Of a DNA stretch of 43,738 nt, positions 42,502 through 43,738 are shown piece after piece. Where the stretch lies: positions 1-43,738 of the forward strand of contig MRSU01010728.1 of NCBI GenBank assembly GCA_008369845.1, read 5' to 3'. The notes below the pieces were generated by a model, which was not told the origin of the DNA, made no database searches, and saw nothing but the letters and a program-made list of their open reading frames with translations. How positions within the stretch are numbered: position 1 is the first letter of the stretch; every line of letters begins with the position of its first letter. Both the position numbers and the translations under genes were made by a program. Source of the DNA: Trichomonas gallinae. Lineage: Eukaryota.

Positions 42502-43527
42502 TTATTCAACATATGCAATTGTATTCAGACTATTTATATATAAATTTGTTCCTTTAACAGGAACGTCATTGTTGCATGAATAAATGTTTTTGTTATAAAT
42601 GTTTATCAATCTTTTTTCTGCATAACATTCAAATGAAGATAAATGTGGAAGAAGATTCATTTCGTTTGTTGTCACAATGAAACATGTTGTGAATGTTCCT
42701 GCGTTTAAATAATGTTGCATGCTATCAACATTGCAATGAGAAATAAAGAAATTGCCATAATTTAAAGCAAACGGACTTCCAGATCCATATGGACCCAAAA
42801 TAGAGCAATTTTTAAGTATAATATCGGATGAATCAGCAAATATTATTCCATAACTAGATGTTTCTTGACTATTTTTTATGATATTGCATGCAGAATTTTC
42901 AAAATTTCCAAAACCACTATTATAATGATATAAACATGCATAATTTTTTGCAATATTTCTTTCATATGTACAATATTTATTTAATGCTGTGCCTTTTGGA
43001 TAATAATAATAGAATCCTGAATAACAACTAGCAGAATTCCTAGAAATATTCGATGAATGCATCTCAATATTTCCTCGAATTGAATAAATCAACCCATTGT
43101 AATTTTCTTGATTACAATTTGTTATACATGAATCAATTATATGACTTTTACAGTTAGCATTATCTATTTTTAGATGAATATATGAATGAAACCCTTGACC
43201 GTTCGAAATTATTATATTATTCGAACAAAATCGGTGTTGAATTATAGAACTCTGGCATTCAAAATATATGGCTCCTCCATTTCCAGATCTGGAGCATTTT
43301 GTGAAAAAACAACTGGAATGGAGAAATTTATAATTATTTGAACTAATAGAAATAGAACCAGAAGATTGGTCATGAAATATGCCTAGATAAACATATATTT
43401 CATTCTGGTTTGTAGGAATATTGCAATTGTCACAATCATCGACAAATTTACACCCTTTATATGAGTCACAGTAGAATTCTTTCCAAACATCTAAAGGAGC
43501 TCGATCTTTGTGACTATATAGAATAAA
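42502..43527 (-). CDS. Cys/Asn/Tyr-rich beta-helix-like (GGAIY, Pmp-like) putative surface protein, copy B, 341-codon frame with no AUG start
   Basis: The frame stays open 145 codons upstream of the ORF call (FILYSHKDRAPLDVWKEFYCDSYKG…NGGAIYFEC…). An in-frame ATG at 43555-43557 is cut off by TAA at 43528-43530. Confidence 0.7.
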   Translation of the reverse strand, partial: FILYSHKDRAPLDVWKEFYCDSYKGCKFVDDCDNCNIPTNQNEIYVYLGIFHDQSSGSISISSNNYKFLHSSCFFTKCSRSGNGGAIYFECQSSIIQHRFCSNNIIISNGQGFHSYIHLKIDNANCKSHIIDSCITNCNQENYNGLIYSIRGNIEMHSSNISRNSASCYSGFYYYYPKGTALNKYCTYERNIAKNYACLYHYNSGFGNFENSACNIIKNSQETSSYGIIFADSSDIILKNCSILGPYGSGSPFALNYGNFFISHCNVDSMQHYLNAGTFTTCFIVTTNEMNLLPHLSSFECYAEKRLINIYNKNIYSCNNDVPVKGTNLYINSLNTIAYVE

Positions 43528-43738
43528 TTAGATATAGGAAATACTATAAAATGACATTTAAAAATAATGTCACTTTTGTATTTTCAATTTCAGAAGTGAT
43601 TTTTTGCGAATTTCGAACTAATTTTAAGGGTGCACCTATTTTGGTTCAAAACAACTATAAAATCGCATTTTTAGAAATAATCTCTATTGTGTCTGATGTT
43701 ATTATTTAGCTTGAAACTTCACTCAAAATCCGTATTTT

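Noticed and set aside
43514..43544. 31-nt GT-AG segment that would remove the TAA in Pmp-like copy B
   Set aside because: Removing it shifts the frame into a TAG, and copy A has no counterpart.
1..43738. Alternative genetic code with TAA as a sense codon
   Set aside because: The long conserved genes have no internal TAA and most of them terminate with it.
1..43738. tRNA, rRNA, CRISPR arrays, or autonomous transposons such as Maverick or mariner
   Set aside because: No recognisable signatures or transposase/integrase ORFs seen.

Overview
AT-rich, apparently intron-free eukaryotic DNA with compact genes. Inr-like TCA(T/C) and AAAGTGAC motifs sit near gene starts, TAA stops run into TAAA, and the gene set (BspA-like LRR proteins, GGAIY/Pmp-like proteins, a transmembrane cyclase-family protein, ankyrin relics) points to a trichomonad such as Trichomonas vaginalis or a relative; the species cannot be fixed from the window. 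Recognisable genes are a CD2BP2/Lin1-like protein, a TOR kinase, a DZIP1-like protein, an AMT1/MTA1-type MT-A70 methyltransferase, a TKL pseudokinase, a CAMK-group kinase, an SLC35B3/PAPST2-like transporter and a SIZ/PIAS SUMO ligase. The main unexplained signal is at 34.7-43.6 kb. Four surface-protein-like genes from two unrelated families have intact, paralog-conserved frames of 310-351 codons and intact-looking promoters, but no usable in-frame AUG for the first ~150-240 codons. In the two BspA-like genes an ATA sits exactly where an AUG-bearing relative has its ATG. This suggests non-AUG initiation, recoding or silent-cassette biology. All protein family calls are from motifs recognised by eye, with no database searches.
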